Below, one piece after another: positions 24,791 through 38,425 of a stretch of DNA of 64,000 nucleotides (its first letter is position 1; each line of letters starts with the position of its first letter). The translations under genes and the position numbers were made by a program. Source of the DNA: Callorhinchus milii (Eukaryota). The DNA lies in assembly GCF_018977255.1 (NCBI RefSeq), contig NW_024704742.1, positions 39,682,001-39,746,000 of the forward strand, in the 5' to 3' direction. The notes beneath the pieces were generated by a model that was not told the DNA's origin, made no database searches, and saw nothing but the letters and a program-made list of their open reading frames with translations.

Positions 24791-25986
24791 TTCGTCACAT
24801 TCACCTACAGAATACACAATCACCACACTAAACCTGTGAAGCTTTTTGAGATGTCCTTCCGATATGAAGGGTGCTGTATCAAATGCAAAGTATTACACTG
24901 TACCAGCCGTTTTTCTTTCAGAGTCTCTCTGTCATTGACTCTCCTCTCCTTCTTTCTCTCTCTCGAAGATTTTAACTTTCTGTCTTTTTCGAGGACTTTT
25001 CTGTCTTTGCCTCTAACTCTATTTCTACCTCCACACTGAGAGAAATATGCACATGCACATAATGTCACTATAAACAATAGATTAGGGTGACTTGCAGCCT
25101 CACGCGTGCACACAATTGGATTCAGTGTGGTGCGCACGTATTTTGCACAGATAAGTGCACCTCATACGTGATACTGGAAAATAATGGACCAATTTCTTTT
25201 TTATATAAAATAAATTCTGGGCTAATCATTTTTACTGATTGTTTTTCACTTGCCAAAAACAGTATATCAGTGTAAAAAATCAGTAAAATAAAAAGCACCT
25301 GTAATCATTTAATCGTCCTTATGTATCTGGAAAGCTGGCTATATCAGTATCATCCTTCTCAGAAGTCATTTACATTTTACGGCCAAATGGAAATTGGATC
25401 CTCAGAGAGGTGAAAAACATGCATTGTTAATGGCTAATGTTCTCGACATACAGCACTATTGTTCTGAACAAATAATAGAAATTATTGAGTTTAACTCCTT
25501 TTCTAAACAGTAAACTCCCTTGTCCAGAATCTAACTTGTGGGGGATCTGGATTGTTAACTAAAGTAGGAATTTCTTTTAATTCTTTTTTAAAAAAATCTT
25601 TCTATCAACCTTCATCAAATGAGATGAAAGCTCCACTTATTTATATAAAGGAAAATTCCATCAGTACTCCTGATTTCCCTGGGTACATACATATAAGACA
25701 GAAATCAAACAGCACAGATGTAATAGCAATGGATAAAGTTGTGTAATCCAGTGAAAAGAATTTAAGCAAACATTAATGTGAGTCAATAACGAATCAGTGC
25801 ATTTAAGAAAATAAACTCATGCAATATACATATGATAAGGAATGACATCTCCATTTTACTTGCAATATCAATACTCCCAGTTCAAACAGTTGTAGAAATG
25901 ATTTAAGGCCATGGTATGTTACTTTAATCCAGCAGTAACAGTCCTGTCAATTTTTGCAACTCTTCATTACTTAGCTGATCATCTTG

Positions 25987-26505
25987 TCAGCCTGGCTCAG
26001 TTGGTAGCACTCTCCCCTTCAAGGCAGATGGTTGTGGGTTCAAGCCCCACATCAGAATGTTGAACTCAGAGTATAGGTTGATACTCCATGCAGTACTGGG
26101 AGTTTGCTGCATTATTTCTATCTCTGTGCTGTATCAGCGCCTTGGGATGTCCTTCCGACATAAAAGGTGCTTTACAAATGTAATTTAGTATTTTTGCATT
26201 GTATTGTTGCATGTTCTTTCTTTTGGATAAGGCAAACATAGGTCTCAATGGCCTGTTTAATTTAAAGATTCCGTGGTATCACACGAAAAGAGAAGGGGAT
26301 TTCTGCCATTATCCTCGCGAACAATCACCTCCCCAGACAAAATTGGTCAATTACTTTATGACTGTACGTGGGACATTACTGTTTGCATATTCACTGCCAT
26401 TTATGTCTATAAATACATATTCACCATAAGAATTCACAGTAAAATCATGTGAAATGCTTTCAGACATCTCCACACACCATAAGGCGGTATCTCAAATGCA
26501 AGAAT
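25987..26505 (+). mobile_element. old Deu-domain SINE interrupted by an L2 tail fragment (about 26130-26210)
   Basis: TCAGCCTGGCTCAGTTGGTAGCACTCTC...GGTTGTGGGTTCAAGCCCCAC head; CAGCGCCTTGGGATGTCCTTCCGAC insert; GTGGGACATT...CAAATGCAAG end. Confidence 0.65.
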
Positions 26506-26637
26506 TAATATATTTGTATTAATGAACAACCTAAAACAGAAGTCAAGCAAAGGATTCCAGCAGAGCAACATCCCTTCCCTTAATGCCAATACGTTTTTTC
26601 AAATTGATTATTATATTTATAATCTATTTATTATATA

Positions 26638-26846
26638 AATAATAATCCCTCCAAAAAAACAAAACAATGATAAATTGGTCATTTTCAATCGACGACTGTT
26701 TGTGGGACACTGCTGTGCGCAATTGGCTGCCTCGTTGGCTCCACAAATATACAGTCAATTCACTTTACAGTGTGTTCTGTGAAGCGCTTTGGGACGTCCT
26801 CCCGATGTGAAAAGCGCTATATCAAATGCAAGGATTATTATTATTA
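26638..26846 (+). mobile_element. SINE 3' two-thirds, CTCCC loop
   Basis: AATAATCCCTCC...GTGGGACACTGCTGTGCGCAATTGGCTGCC...GGGACGTCCTCCCGATGTGAAAAGCGC. Confidence 0.9.
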
Positions 26847-27357
26847 AATTGTGTTTTCAATCAAGCTTTACCGATAGTGGGCACATGGGAAGAGATGATT
26901 TATCTCTTAAAAATAATGTGAAGTAAGTTCTGCTTTAGCTATTCTCATAGAAATTCCAACATGGGAAAAAATAAGTCCCAGTCAACAACAACAAGATTCC
27001 ATTTATAGAGCCCCTTTCACGTCGGGAGGATGTCCCAAGGCACTGTCATAGTAAACCTTCAATTAGCATGATAAAACATCTCATATTGTGGCTTGTAATA
27101 TGTCAGCAGTTTCCCTTTTAAACTCTAACTACCACCTGTCCACAGTAATCAGCCATGAAATGTAAGGTGCAACAATAACTCACTTGTTCACTCAGCAGTC
27201 AGAAACCTCCCAAAATAGAAATGTCTTTAAAAAATGCTGTCTCTAGTTTTAATAGTTCTCGAACCTTTCTCTTTGGGAGTTCATCTCGACAATTACAATA
27301 GGCATCAAACCATTGAATCAATAAGTTACCCTTAAGGCATGCAATTAGTTGATATTT

Positions 27358-28400
27358 TCAGCTTGGCTCAGTTGGTAGCACTTTGGCCTCTGAGTCAGAA
27401 GGTTGTGGAGTCAAGCCACACGTCAGGAGTTCAAACTCACAGTCTAGGCTGTGACTGGACCACAAATTCGCCCACAAATATACAGTCAATTCACTTTACA
27501 GTCTATTCTGTGAAGCGCTTTGAGATGTCTAGAAGACGTGAAAAGCGCTATATCAAATGCAAGGATTATTATTTATTATTATTATAGGCTGATACTCCAA
27601 TGCAGTGCTGAGGGGGGTTGCATTGTCAGAGATGACACGTTGGATACAGTACAGATTCACCAGAACAATACCAGGACTAAAATCGTTAAATTATGAGGAC
27701 AGGTTACATAAACATGGCTTGTATTCCTTGAGTTTAGAAAGTTGAGCAGTGATCTAATTGAGGTGTTTAAAATAATAAAGGGATAGGTACAGAGAAACTA
27801 TTTCCTCTGGTAGGGAAACCAGAACAAGAGGACATGATCTTAAAATGACAGTTAGGCCATTCATAAGTGAAATCAGGAAGTGCTTTTTCACAGAAAGGGT
27901 AGTGGAAATCTGGAACTCTCTCCCCCAAAAGGCTGTGAATGTTGGATCAATTGAAATTTTCAAGACTAATTTTCAATATAGATTTTTGTTAGGTAGGGTA
28001 ACAAGTGATATGGAGCAAAGCAGGGGAAATGAAGTTGAGGTACTAATCATCTATAATATAACAGAATGGTGGAACAGGTTTGAGGGGGTATTCCTATTCC
28101 TATGTTCCTATGAGTTGTTAAACTGAGGTTCTGTCTTCCTGTTCAGGTGGACGTTACAAATCCCATAACACTATTCGAAAGAGAAGGCAGTTTCTTCTGG
28201 TGTTCTGGCCGACAATCCCTCAAACAAAATTGATCATTCACTTCATGATTATTTATTGGGACATTGCTGTGCACAACTTGACTGCCATGTCTGCCTGCAA
28301 ATACATAATGCCTACATTTTACCCAGTAAAAAGTGAAGCACTTTGAGACGTCTCAAAGACGTGATAAGCAACTGTATCAAATGCAAGGATTATTATTTAT
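27358..28400 (+). mobile_element. nested composite: Deu-SINE host with inserted SINE 3' part (about 27460-27584) and CR1 3' fragment (about 27641-28110)
   Basis: Host pieces 27358-27451, 27585-27640 and 28111-28400 rejoin into one Deu-SINE. TAGGCTG is duplicated at 27445-27451 and 27585-27591. CR1 ORF piece IRKCFFTERVVEIWNSLP and TTCCTATGTTCCTATG tail. Confidence 0.85.
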
Positions 28401-28648
28401 CAATAAATTCAGTCCGGTTTCCAAGATGCCTTAAAAAGGATATTAAAAGAAGTGAGTGCTCTTCAGATATTTAATGCATTTCATATTTACAGAGAATTGA
28501 AATTGTAACAACTATTGTGAAATTGATTGTGTCCAGTCCAACAGCACGTGCGTGGAAACCTAGGGTATGCTAACATCAGTTACGCCAAACTACTTTGATT
28601 CTAGGAACTGCTAATGACTAGCACATCCAGATGATAAACTGTGTACAG

Positions 28649-28712
28649 CAGGGGTGCACAATAAAATGCCAGCGGGGAAATACCGGCCCACTGATCGTTC
28701 CATCTGGCACAC
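28649..28712 (+). mobile_element. possible hAT/Charlie-like transposon terminus (fossil)
   Basis: CAGGGGTGCACAA...GCCAGCGGGG....CCGGCCCAC...CATCTGGCAC resembles CAGGGG-starting Charlie-type ends (from memory). Preceded by the 8-mer GTGTACAG. No partner end found. Confidence 0.35.
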
Positions 28713-28995
28713 AATGCATTATACAATTATTCAGAGGAGCCAGTCTACCAGTGCTCGTTTAATCTCCCAGAAACAATTAAAAAGATTAACTGTACAAATG
28801 CTCAACACACCAAAGTTTCTCTTTCTTTTTATCTTTTTACATTAAAAGTGCAGTTTATTCAAACAATTGAAATGGATTTTGTTTAATAACACTTTGTTCT
28901 GAAGAAATGCATGTGGGAATAAATGAATGCAATATCACAAGTCATGTTTCCCAGCATTGCTTTTATCCTCTTGGGGGAAAGGAAGTTGTATCTCC

Positions 28996-29367
28996 TTGGA
29001 GCTTAACTGGCTCCAAGCTGACATGCTTGGCAATGGAATGTCAGAATCGAGTCAATATTCTGTAAAAGTTTTGTTGTCTTGTTCTTGAACCAGGCAGGTC
29101 AGCAGTACTCCAGGGTACTGCTGATGATACATCAGCTGGCTCAGAGGAGCAGGCCTCGGAGGGTCAGGCCAGGCACCGACAGTGGAGATTCTTCCCATTC
29201 AGCTCCTTTGGCAAAGCCCTAATGGCTAGGGTGGTCTTAGTTGGACAAGCAGCACAAAGCTGGCTAGGCAGAAAGCTACGCAGTTTATGCAGTTAAACTC
29301 CAGCACACACTTTGGAATCGCCAAGCCCTTGTTCTCACTAACCTGTGCCTAATACTTCCTGGAATTA
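28996..29367 (+). repeat. unidentified interspersed repeat, copy 2 (homologous to 11374-11762)
   Basis: Same collinear blocks as copy 1. Confidence 0.7.
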
Positions 29368-31164
29368 CAATACAGGACATTTAGATAGAACCTTTCATAT
29401 TGGAAGGAAGTCCCAAGACACTGAACAGTCTAAGAAGCTAGTGTTGGTCAAGGGAGGTGAAGGAAAGAAAGATGGCCAAAAGGAAGTTTCTTGAAGGAGG
29501 CGAGGGAAGAGTGAATTGAAGGGATTCAGGAATGGAGTTGCAGAGAGTAGGAGCAGATGTGCTGTAAGGATTATTTATTGTTTGTCTTTTTGTGTAATGT
29601 AATGATAATTTTAACATCCACCTGAACAGGTAGAAGGACTATCAGTTTAACTGCTGACCCATATTTTAGAACTCATTAGAATATAAATATAGTAACTCAA
29701 GGGTCGGTTGTTGCAGAGCAATAGTTCCTGTGAATGGATCACGACGTAATCTGTATATCTGCAAAAAATCTATAGATCTCTATCCCCACTTTTATGTTTA
29801 ACTGCGGAAACAGCAGGAACAAGACAAAACTAATATCAAATTCTCAAATAGACCATTCACAGTTTATTTATGATTATTAAAATATTACAGTCTGTCTAAC
29901 ATTGGGCTGGTTTCCCCATTAACTGACAATGGCACAACTGTACAGAGAGATAGATGTCCTCCGAGCATGTTCACTGGCACGGCTCTAATGTTGTAAAATG
30001 TTATTGTACACGCATAATGGGAACATAACAATGAACCTGAGGTCTTCATAAACTGAAATACCATCAAATATAGGAAAATACACAGCAACATTCTCAGACA
30101 TTGAATTCTGACATTTTCCTCACTTCTGTGCCTTTTCCTTTCTCTCTAGATTCTCTATTTAGTTTTCCTTTTTGCTATTTCTTTCTCTCTTGTACACGTT
30201 ACACACCGTCGACTCAAGCGCTCTGGGAGGCAGGCTGGCATGGAGGGCGCTATATAAATGCAGGTGGTTGTTGTTGTTACTTCCCCTTCACTTTGCCTTT
30301 TTACTATATTTTCGCTTGCCACCCTTCTTTCACAGCTCTATTCTGGTTATTTTATTCTGCTGTGTATCTGGTCTTACTCTTCTATTTTTTTACTTGAGGA
30401 AACTACAGCGATATCTGTAGCTGCTGAGAACTGTAGCATTTGATATGAATACACATCAGGAAACCCCACAGGATACATGCCCTTAAGCCAATCAGTCCTG
30501 AATACTTTCAGTGTAGTGTCATTTTCTCATGTGGGTACTCGTGAGGAGAAGGATATTATTCCAGCAGTTAAACAAGAGTTAGCATCAAAGGTTTTGAGAG
30601 GAAAGGGAATTAACACTAGCACAGTCATCAACGTTTCTGGGCATCTTGGCAGACATTTTAATTGTATTCCTTTGTAGAAGGAACAGCAGAGTCAATGAAT
30701 CAAACAGCCTTTTCTTACTGAATATTTTATGTCCTAGTCTTGAATCTTGCTGACAATTGCACCATTTTACAGTGGTCAATGCCCACAAGCAGGGAGGGAG
30801 AAAGGTAACAAAAATGCCATAGACTTCTTGTCTCCATCTCTGTGTCAATGCAAGTTCCCATGAAATGAAAACTTCTTGCAGAAGTGCCAGCGAGATAGTT
30901 CAAGCTACCCCAATGGGACTACCCAGTAAGAATTCCATCGAAACAGAGCCTACATCTTAAAGGGAAACAGAGTCATTTTTTACTATTTTTCCTTCTCTGC
31001 TGGTATGCAATGACCACTGTACAATTTTGTAATTGTCACCGAGGCTCACGTTCAGGGTATAAAATATACAGTCAGAAAAGGCTATTTCATTCATTAATGA
31101 AGCTGTTCCTCCTAGTAAAGAAAGACAATAGATCAAGCTAACCTAAACACTGGGAGGTCATACC

Positions 31165-32295
31165 CCAGAATACATAAGGTTGAGAGCAGACCCAACAGAC
31201 TTTTTTAAAATAATTACAAGGGCTTTTGATAATATAAGCAGGGAAAATTTATTTCCACTGGACATTGGGTCAGTTTATAGAGGGCATAGATTTAAGGTAA
31301 TTAAAGAAAAAGAAGAAATAGATAGGCAAGGACATTTTTTTNACCCAGATTTGTTAGGACATGGTTCTTGCTTCATTTTCCATCATCGGTGGTCGGGGCT
31401 TCAGCCTTTCTGCCCCACCTTCTGAAATTCCATTCTGGAATCCCTTTGCCTCCCCACCTCCCTTTGCCTCCTTCAAGGTCTGACACAAGACCTAACTCTT
31501 TGACCGTGCCTTCAATCATCTTCCCACCCATTCCCCTAGCCTTCCATCTCTCTTTAATCCAAACCCCAGCTCGGATGCAAACTCTCAACTATCCAGCACC
31601 TTGGGACATCCTTCTGATGTGAAAGGCCTAAATAAGAACAATTTGTGGTAATTGTTGTTGAAAAGGCAGAATGGGCGAAACAAATAGCTCTGGTAGGTAT
31701 GTTTGGCTGACAGCTTCTTTCTGTACTGTGACAATGTAGCAATTAGACAAGTTAGGCTTCTACAGTTTATAAACAGGCAACACGGAGGGGGACCTTTCAG
31801 AGATGTATGAATTTTACATGGGATTGAAAAAAAGAAACCTTGAACAATACTTTAGGATGCACGACAGCCAGAAAAAAAGAGGACATAGATTTAGAGGTGA
31901 AAAATGCAATTATTATTATCATACCAGGAAGTTTTTCTTTACTTAGTGGGTAGCTAACAACTGGAATAAGTTGTCAAGAAAGGTGATTGAAGTCGTGATT
32001 GAAGATTCCACAATGGAATTTCAGAAGGTGGGGGTAGAAAGTCTGAAGCCCCGACCACCGATAATGGGACATGAAGCAGGCCAGCGCCTGCCGAGCAGAG
32101 GGAGCGGACGGGTTGGTAAAGTTTTCTCCACAGCCATTTATATTTCTCCCTTTTCAGATATTTATTTAATAAATTGCCAGAAAAGCTGGAATCATTTAAA
32201 AATCAGCTTGTGATAAGAACGTGGTAGGGTGAGTAATCTGGAAGGATGAAAAGAAACGGGTCGAAGAACCTTCTTTATCCAAACCAATCTCATGA
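31165..32295 (+). mobile_element. cluster of old CR1 3' fragments interrupted by L2 pieces (about 31370-31660 plus strand; about 32010-32120 minus strand)
   Basis: ENLFPL...RGHRFKV CR1 motif. L2 blocks CCATCATCGGTGGTCGGGGCTTCAGCC...GGGACATCCTTCTGATGTGAAAGG. Confidence 0.65.
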
Positions 32296-33301
32296 TCTTC
32301 TTAAATTTCTACAGTCCTGTGCATTGAATGAAGGAGAACAAATGACATGTTCCTCGTAGTGAGCAAGCAGGATTTCTACACTTAGCAAGTGGCTTAAAAG
32401 ATTTGTTAAATGTGTTTGCAAGTAAAAAATTGCTTTTGTTTCTTAAAGAATAGAAGTGTGTTCCCCTTAAAGATGTAGGATTTCTATATGATTGTTTCTA
32501 TAGGATTTTTACTTGATAATTCCACGCAGGCAAACTAATATCCTATCATGCAATTGATATATGGCTCAATCATCCATGCTTGCATTCGCCACCCCTATTC
32601 TTCACAGCTTGTAAATCCAATGCAGTACATATTTTAACAGATGTTACATTATGAGTGACTAATAGCTATCGCTTTTTCCTGACAACACCTCTATAATTAT
32701 CCTGTGTGCTGGTATGTTTTATATTTTGGACTTCCTTTACGTACAGAAGCTCATAGGGTTCCTATCAGTCAGACCATAAGGTGTTACTGTTCGTGACAGC
32801 TCCAAGGAACCTAACCGCCCATGATTATTGCACGTTCATTCAGATATTTCCTAGCCATATGTTTCTTAAAAGGATGTGCTTTTTTATCTCCTTCCCGTTA
32901 TTAATTTGAACTATTTATATTTGAGTCATTTCTCTGTTGGTTTTGTGTATGAAACCAAAACATATTTCAAGCGTGTTAATTCATACAATTCAAAACTGCT
33001 GTCTTGTGACTTTCATTTGCTTTTTGTTTGTGCATCTTTTCTCTGGAGGATACAAATGATGACATTTGCAGAATCTGAAGCCCATAACGGTGTTGCTTTA
33101 TATTCCCACCTGTTTGCAACTGAGATACACGCTGTTGTCACTGGATGCATGCGGAGTGAGAACATGTTAATAAAAGCAATATGACATAATGGAGGAGAGG
33201 GAGACATTACAGTGGAATAGAGAAGGAAAATACACTTTTTTAATTATAATATTTGTCAGTTTAAAAAAAGGCAATAGCTTTCCAAAAGTGCTTGAATAGG
33301 A

Positions 33302-33598
33302 AAACAACAACAACAACACAAACAACAAATTACATTTGTACAGCGCCTTTCATATCGGGCAGATGTCCTAAGGCGCTGGAGAGTTAAGGATTTGGACTAA
33401 AACTGGGGTTTGGGATCAGGAGGAGTGGAGGGCGGGGAATGCAGGAGGGTGACCAAAGACACGGTCAAAGAAGCGGGTCTTGAGATCGGTTATGAAGGAT
33501 GCAAGGGAGGGAGAGAGGCAAAGGACTGTATGATGGCGTTCCAAGCGGGGAGGAGAAAGAGCCTGAAGGCCTGATCGCCGAAGGTGGGGCAGGTATGG
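33302..33598 (-). mobile_element. L2 LINE 3' fragment
   Basis: (AAC)n tail at 33302, CAGCGCCTTTCATATCGGG stem-loop, FITDLKTRFFDRVF translation. Confidence 0.88.
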
Positions 33599-33599
33599 T

Positions 33600-33629
<30 letters not shown>
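33600..33629 (+). repeat. 30-nt poly-G tract
   Basis: Seen directly. Confidence 0.9.
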
Positions 33630-33630
<1 letters not shown>

Positions 33631-34300
33631 GGCAGAATGGCCACATTGTAATAGACCCCACAGGCTTGAAAAAAATCCTCCAGACATTGCAACTCTTCCA
33701 GGAAACCCCATGTACATCACACTCACCTGCAAGTACTGCAACTCTGATCCAAGATTGCCTGAGAGCAAAGTTCTTACAGGTCAACATGACATATGAGGGA
33801 TTACATGCAGGTGGCACACTTTGATGACCTTTTATACATGACATTTTCTCTGGTAATTGAGATTGTAATCATCTTCTGAGATGAAGCATTTCTGAATGTT
33901 CTCCGTTCAAAAAACATTTATTTATCTTGCAGGATCCCGCCCTGGAATTTAAAATATTCCACAATCGTCAAAGATTTCCCTTCAGATGATGTTGCATTAG
34001 CTCCATAGAGTGAAAAAATTGTGCTGTGTTTCCTTTGTTTCATTACCAGTGTTAATAATCTGTCTTGCAAGCCTGTTACAGTCTTCCTGAAAAAACAACT
34101 TATATTTCTTATATTTCCTATTGTTTTTGCAGTCTTTATTTTCAAGATATCAAAAGATAGGAATGGACGAAGAAAATCATTTGATCTCATCTTTCTAGTA
34201 AACCCACTCTACTAACCTCCCACCAGGGCATCAGCCAGTTTCCTTCCTGGCCTCAACCACCCTTCCTGGTAACCTGTTCTAGTTATTAATTATCCTCTGG

Positions 34301-34631
34301 ATAATAATAATAATGATAATAATCCTTGCATTTGATATAGCACTTTTCACGTCGGGAGGACGTCCCAAAGCGCTTCACAGAATATACTGTAAAGTGAATT
34401 GACTGTATATTTGTGGGCGAACGCGGCAGTCAATTGCGCACAGCAATGTCCCACAAACAGTCGTAGATTGAAAATGACCAATTTATTATTGTTTTGGGTT
34501 TTTGGAGGGATTATTATTAGGCTCTGTGTGGAGTAAGGAAACTTGCCCAAGGTTTCGCCCTCTGCCTGGAATTGAACCCAGGTGTCTTGCTTGCAAAGCA
34601 AGTGCTCTAACCACTGAGCTACAGGACTCCA
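34301..34631 (-). mobile_element. full-length SINE (short form), CTCCC loop
   Basis: Nearly identical to 50603-50924, with CpGs retained. Confidence 0.93.
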
Positions 34632-35077
34632 AGAAATGTATCCTCAGAATTGCTCCATTCCAATATAATGGGAAATTGCTGGGTGCAAATTGGATGTCGC
34701 TTTTGCCTACTAATACGCAGTCACTACATTTCAAAGAAAAATCCTGTGAAGTGCTTTGAGAATTCTCAATGGCATGATAAGGTGCTATATCAAATATAAA
34801 GACAGTTATCAACAACAAATTACAGTTGTAAAGCGCCTTTCATGTCGGGAGGACGTGATCATTATATTACCTCCCCACCACCCCCCATTTAATGTTTGAC
34901 CTCACTCCCTGGTATTCCATCCCGGATTCTCTCTGCTTTCTTCTCTCTCTCCCACATTCAAAACCCGACTATTTGTTCGACTGCATCTGTGGCCATCTTT
35001 CTCTCCCTCTCCAGTTCCATTACCTCAACTTGTGCTCCCTGTGAATCACTTTGAGATATCCTTCTGACTTCAAAGGC

Positions 35078-35344
35078 AGACCTGAGTTCAATTCCAGGCA
35101 AGGCGAAACCTTGGGCAAGTTTCCTTACTCCACACGCCTAATAATAATCCATCCAAAAAACAAAACAATAATAAATTGGTCATTTTCAATCCATGACTGT
35201 TTGTGGGACATTGCTGCGCGCAATTGGCTGCCGCGTTCGCCCACAAATATACAGTCAATTCACTTTACAGTATATTCTGTGAAGTGCTTTGGGACATCTA
35301 GAAGACGTGAAAAGCGCGATATCAAATGCAAGGATTATTATTAT
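35078..35344 (+). mobile_element. SINE (short form, 5'-clipped), TAGAA loop
   Basis: GAGTTCAATTCCAGGCAAGGCGAAACCTTGGGCAAG...GGGACATCTAGAAGACGTGAAAAGCGC. Confidence 0.92.
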
Positions 35345-38129
35345 ATAAATTGTAATTGTAATTATCCGTTCTTCGCTGTCCAAAAAATTAAAGCTTGACT
35401 CATTCCAAAATTTGTCTTACACCGTAACAATAACCCCAAATGCTAAGCAATAAACTATTTCTACCCATCAACTGGATGATCTGTGTAAATTTGCACCTTA
35501 CCCTCCCAGTATCATGACCGTTAAACACTCCAAGATGCTACCCTGCAAGAAGGGGCTATATAAATGTAGCTTCTTGTTGTTCTTACATTGTGGCCTTATA
35601 TGCAAGCCATGCACAAAGGCAGAATTGCAGGTGCCCTGAATTCCAATGAAAAAGCCACCTGTAATTCCCCGTTTGCAAATGATTTACACATACAAGCATA
35701 CATAATATATTGGATAGTTTTTAATTATTTCACCCACAAAATTTACAGTCAATTCACTTTACAACACATTCTGTGAAGCACTTTAAGATGTCTCAAAGAG
35801 GTGATAAGGCGCTATATCAAATACAAGGATTATTATTATCATTTATAAAAATGAATCCTTATGAATTGTGTATAATAATAGAAACAATCCATGGCTTTGC
35901 CTCTAAAATAATGAACACACAAATGTTTTCCATTAACCAACAACCCTCTGAGGATCCTTGTGTGGACCTGCCTTGCAAGCAGAAAATGTCTTTCCCAATT
36001 TAAATTTTAACATATCGCTGTTAACACAAATTCATGGCTTAATCTGTTATGTGCTTGCCTTTGGTTGAACCTCATAATCCTTAGCAGAGATGCTCACTCA
36101 CTGATGTAATGTATCTCTATTTAGATCAGTCTGTAATCTACATGTCTGCTCTGGGAAAATAATTTGAGCAATTATTGTTTACTGGAAAAACAAATCGCTA
36201 GCCAAAATGTTATTGCCCACAAAAATGCAAAGGGATAGGCTTCCAATTACAAGCATTTTACTCTTGTACATTAATGTCACAATTATCATTCTTAATGAAT
36301 GAAGCAGCCTGTCCTCTTCAACACCTCACTACGTAATTCTCAGTCACATTGATAAAATACCACTTGAAGCCCATCCACTCCTGAGGCCTTGACTTGTTTC
36401 AAATAACTAATTGCTCGGGTTCATTTGTCTTTTGTCGAAGGAGGATTTAGTCATTCTGCCTCTTCCACTGAATCCTTTCTTTCTATCCCTTCTTTCATTT
36501 TTCAACCATTATTACTTTCTTTTCTACATGATTCAATGTTAAAGGAACACCTAACATTTATTGCCCTCACATAACAGTATTATCACTGTTCTCTATTGAG
36601 GAATTTTCTTTTTTAAAAGCAATTGCCTACATTTCTTATTTCTTCTTAGAATGAAATAGAAACTTGCTTGGCTCCATGAGTCTCCATGCATATTCCTTGC
36701 TCATCCAATTTGTTCTTTTACCTCAAAACCCAGATATCTACATCTCTGGTTGACAAGTTGAACAAACTGTACCACAACATTTATTCTTTTATAACTGGAT
36801 CCATATCACTTAAATATTCGCCCACAAAATACACCGATTGCACTTAACAACATATCTTGTGAAGGGTTTTGAGATGTCCTCCTGACATGAATGGAGCTAT
36901 ATCAAATAAAGGGATTATACTTATTTTTCAGCTGCTGAGAATCTGCAGAAAAAGTATATCAGAAAATGTTTGGAGCTGTATAGAATCCCGAGATGGGGAA
37001 TGCCTTTGGTCACTCCATCTGAGTGGTGTGTGCGAAGGTGCTCCTCCCCCACCACAAGGGTCATGTGTATACTATTTGGGAAATTGTGTGTTGTGTTTTT
37101 CTTCTCTGTCATGTGAATTTACACTTTAATATCAATAAATATATATTGTGTTTTTTTAAAAATTCTGTGGCATATAATTTCATGTAATTCTATGTAAAAC
37201 TTTGAGCTGAGTTTCCAACTTCACATCCGACCCATCATGAGGATCACATTGCAGAGACACTGATGTGTTGTACTCCATGGTGACAGCAACAGTACTCGCC
37301 ATCGGAGGCTTTAGCTGGCTTTAGGCAGAAGGTTTATGTCAAAATGTACATGTGTGTGTATTCGTGTGTGTGTGTGTGTTTGTGAGAGGGGGTTTACACC
37401 TGAAATTGGTCAATAATTTAATCTGTTTGAACCCGAGATTTTCAGTGATGAGATAATTATCACCTGTATTAATCCTTACATCACATCTTACATTTTTCAC
37501 TCCTCCATTCTTTAAACATGGTCATAAAATCATTTATTTTACTTTACTCTTCTGATCTTCTAGTTTCTATATTCCCAACAGCAGCCCATGATTTGCCTTG
37601 ATAAGAGAGATTGTGTGCTTTATATCAAATATATTCAAGTCATAAATTTAATCCTGAAAGCACAATACATCATTTATACGCTGCAATGGCTAACTTTGTT
37701 AAACATGTACCATTACAATGTAATTTCAACTTACTGCAAGCACAGTGAAAGCTTATTCAACTAATACTGTACTATTATAACACCAAATTTGACAGATATA
37801 TTGCTAAATTTTATTCATGTTTTTTGTATTCACACTTGCTTTTTTAAATAAAACAGATATTGGAATATATTGGATTGTGTCTATCCAAACTTTGATGCTG
37901 TTCATCTAAGGTGCGAGTTCAGAGATAAATGTTTAATAATATTTTTTTTTGCATTTGATATAGGTTACATGTTAAAATATCTCAAAATACATCACAGGAT
38001 TTACTATGAAATTTAGTGACTAGTTGCTCAGGCACAACCCCCAGTGAGAGCGATTCAAACATTAATAGCAAGTGTTAACTTTAGTGATTTATGCCCTTTG
38101 CCAGCTTTTGGACTACACAATTTTCCACT

Positions 38130-38425
38130 CAGGCTGGTTCAATTGGTCACACTCTCTCCTCTGAATGCTCTGGGTTCAGGCCTTTGAACTCAGATAGTCT
38201 ATGCTGACACTGCAATTCAGTCCTGGGGGAGCAACGTATTGTTAGGGGTGTCAACCTTCACACGGCACTTTTTGAAAAGAGAAGGGTGTTTCTCCCAGAT
38301 TCTGGCCATTCATCTCTCAAATAAACTTGTTCATTTACTTCATGACTTTGTGCAAATTGCCTGCAGCATGCAACATTCAAAATACCAAGTTTCTACACAT
38401 TACAGTATATCCTCTGAAGTGGTTT
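38130..38425 (+). mobile_element. old Deu-domain SINE remnant
   Basis: GGGTTCAGG...GTCTATGCTGACACTGCA...TTTGAAAAGAGAAGGG..TTCTCCC...CTGGCCA. Confidence 0.55.
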
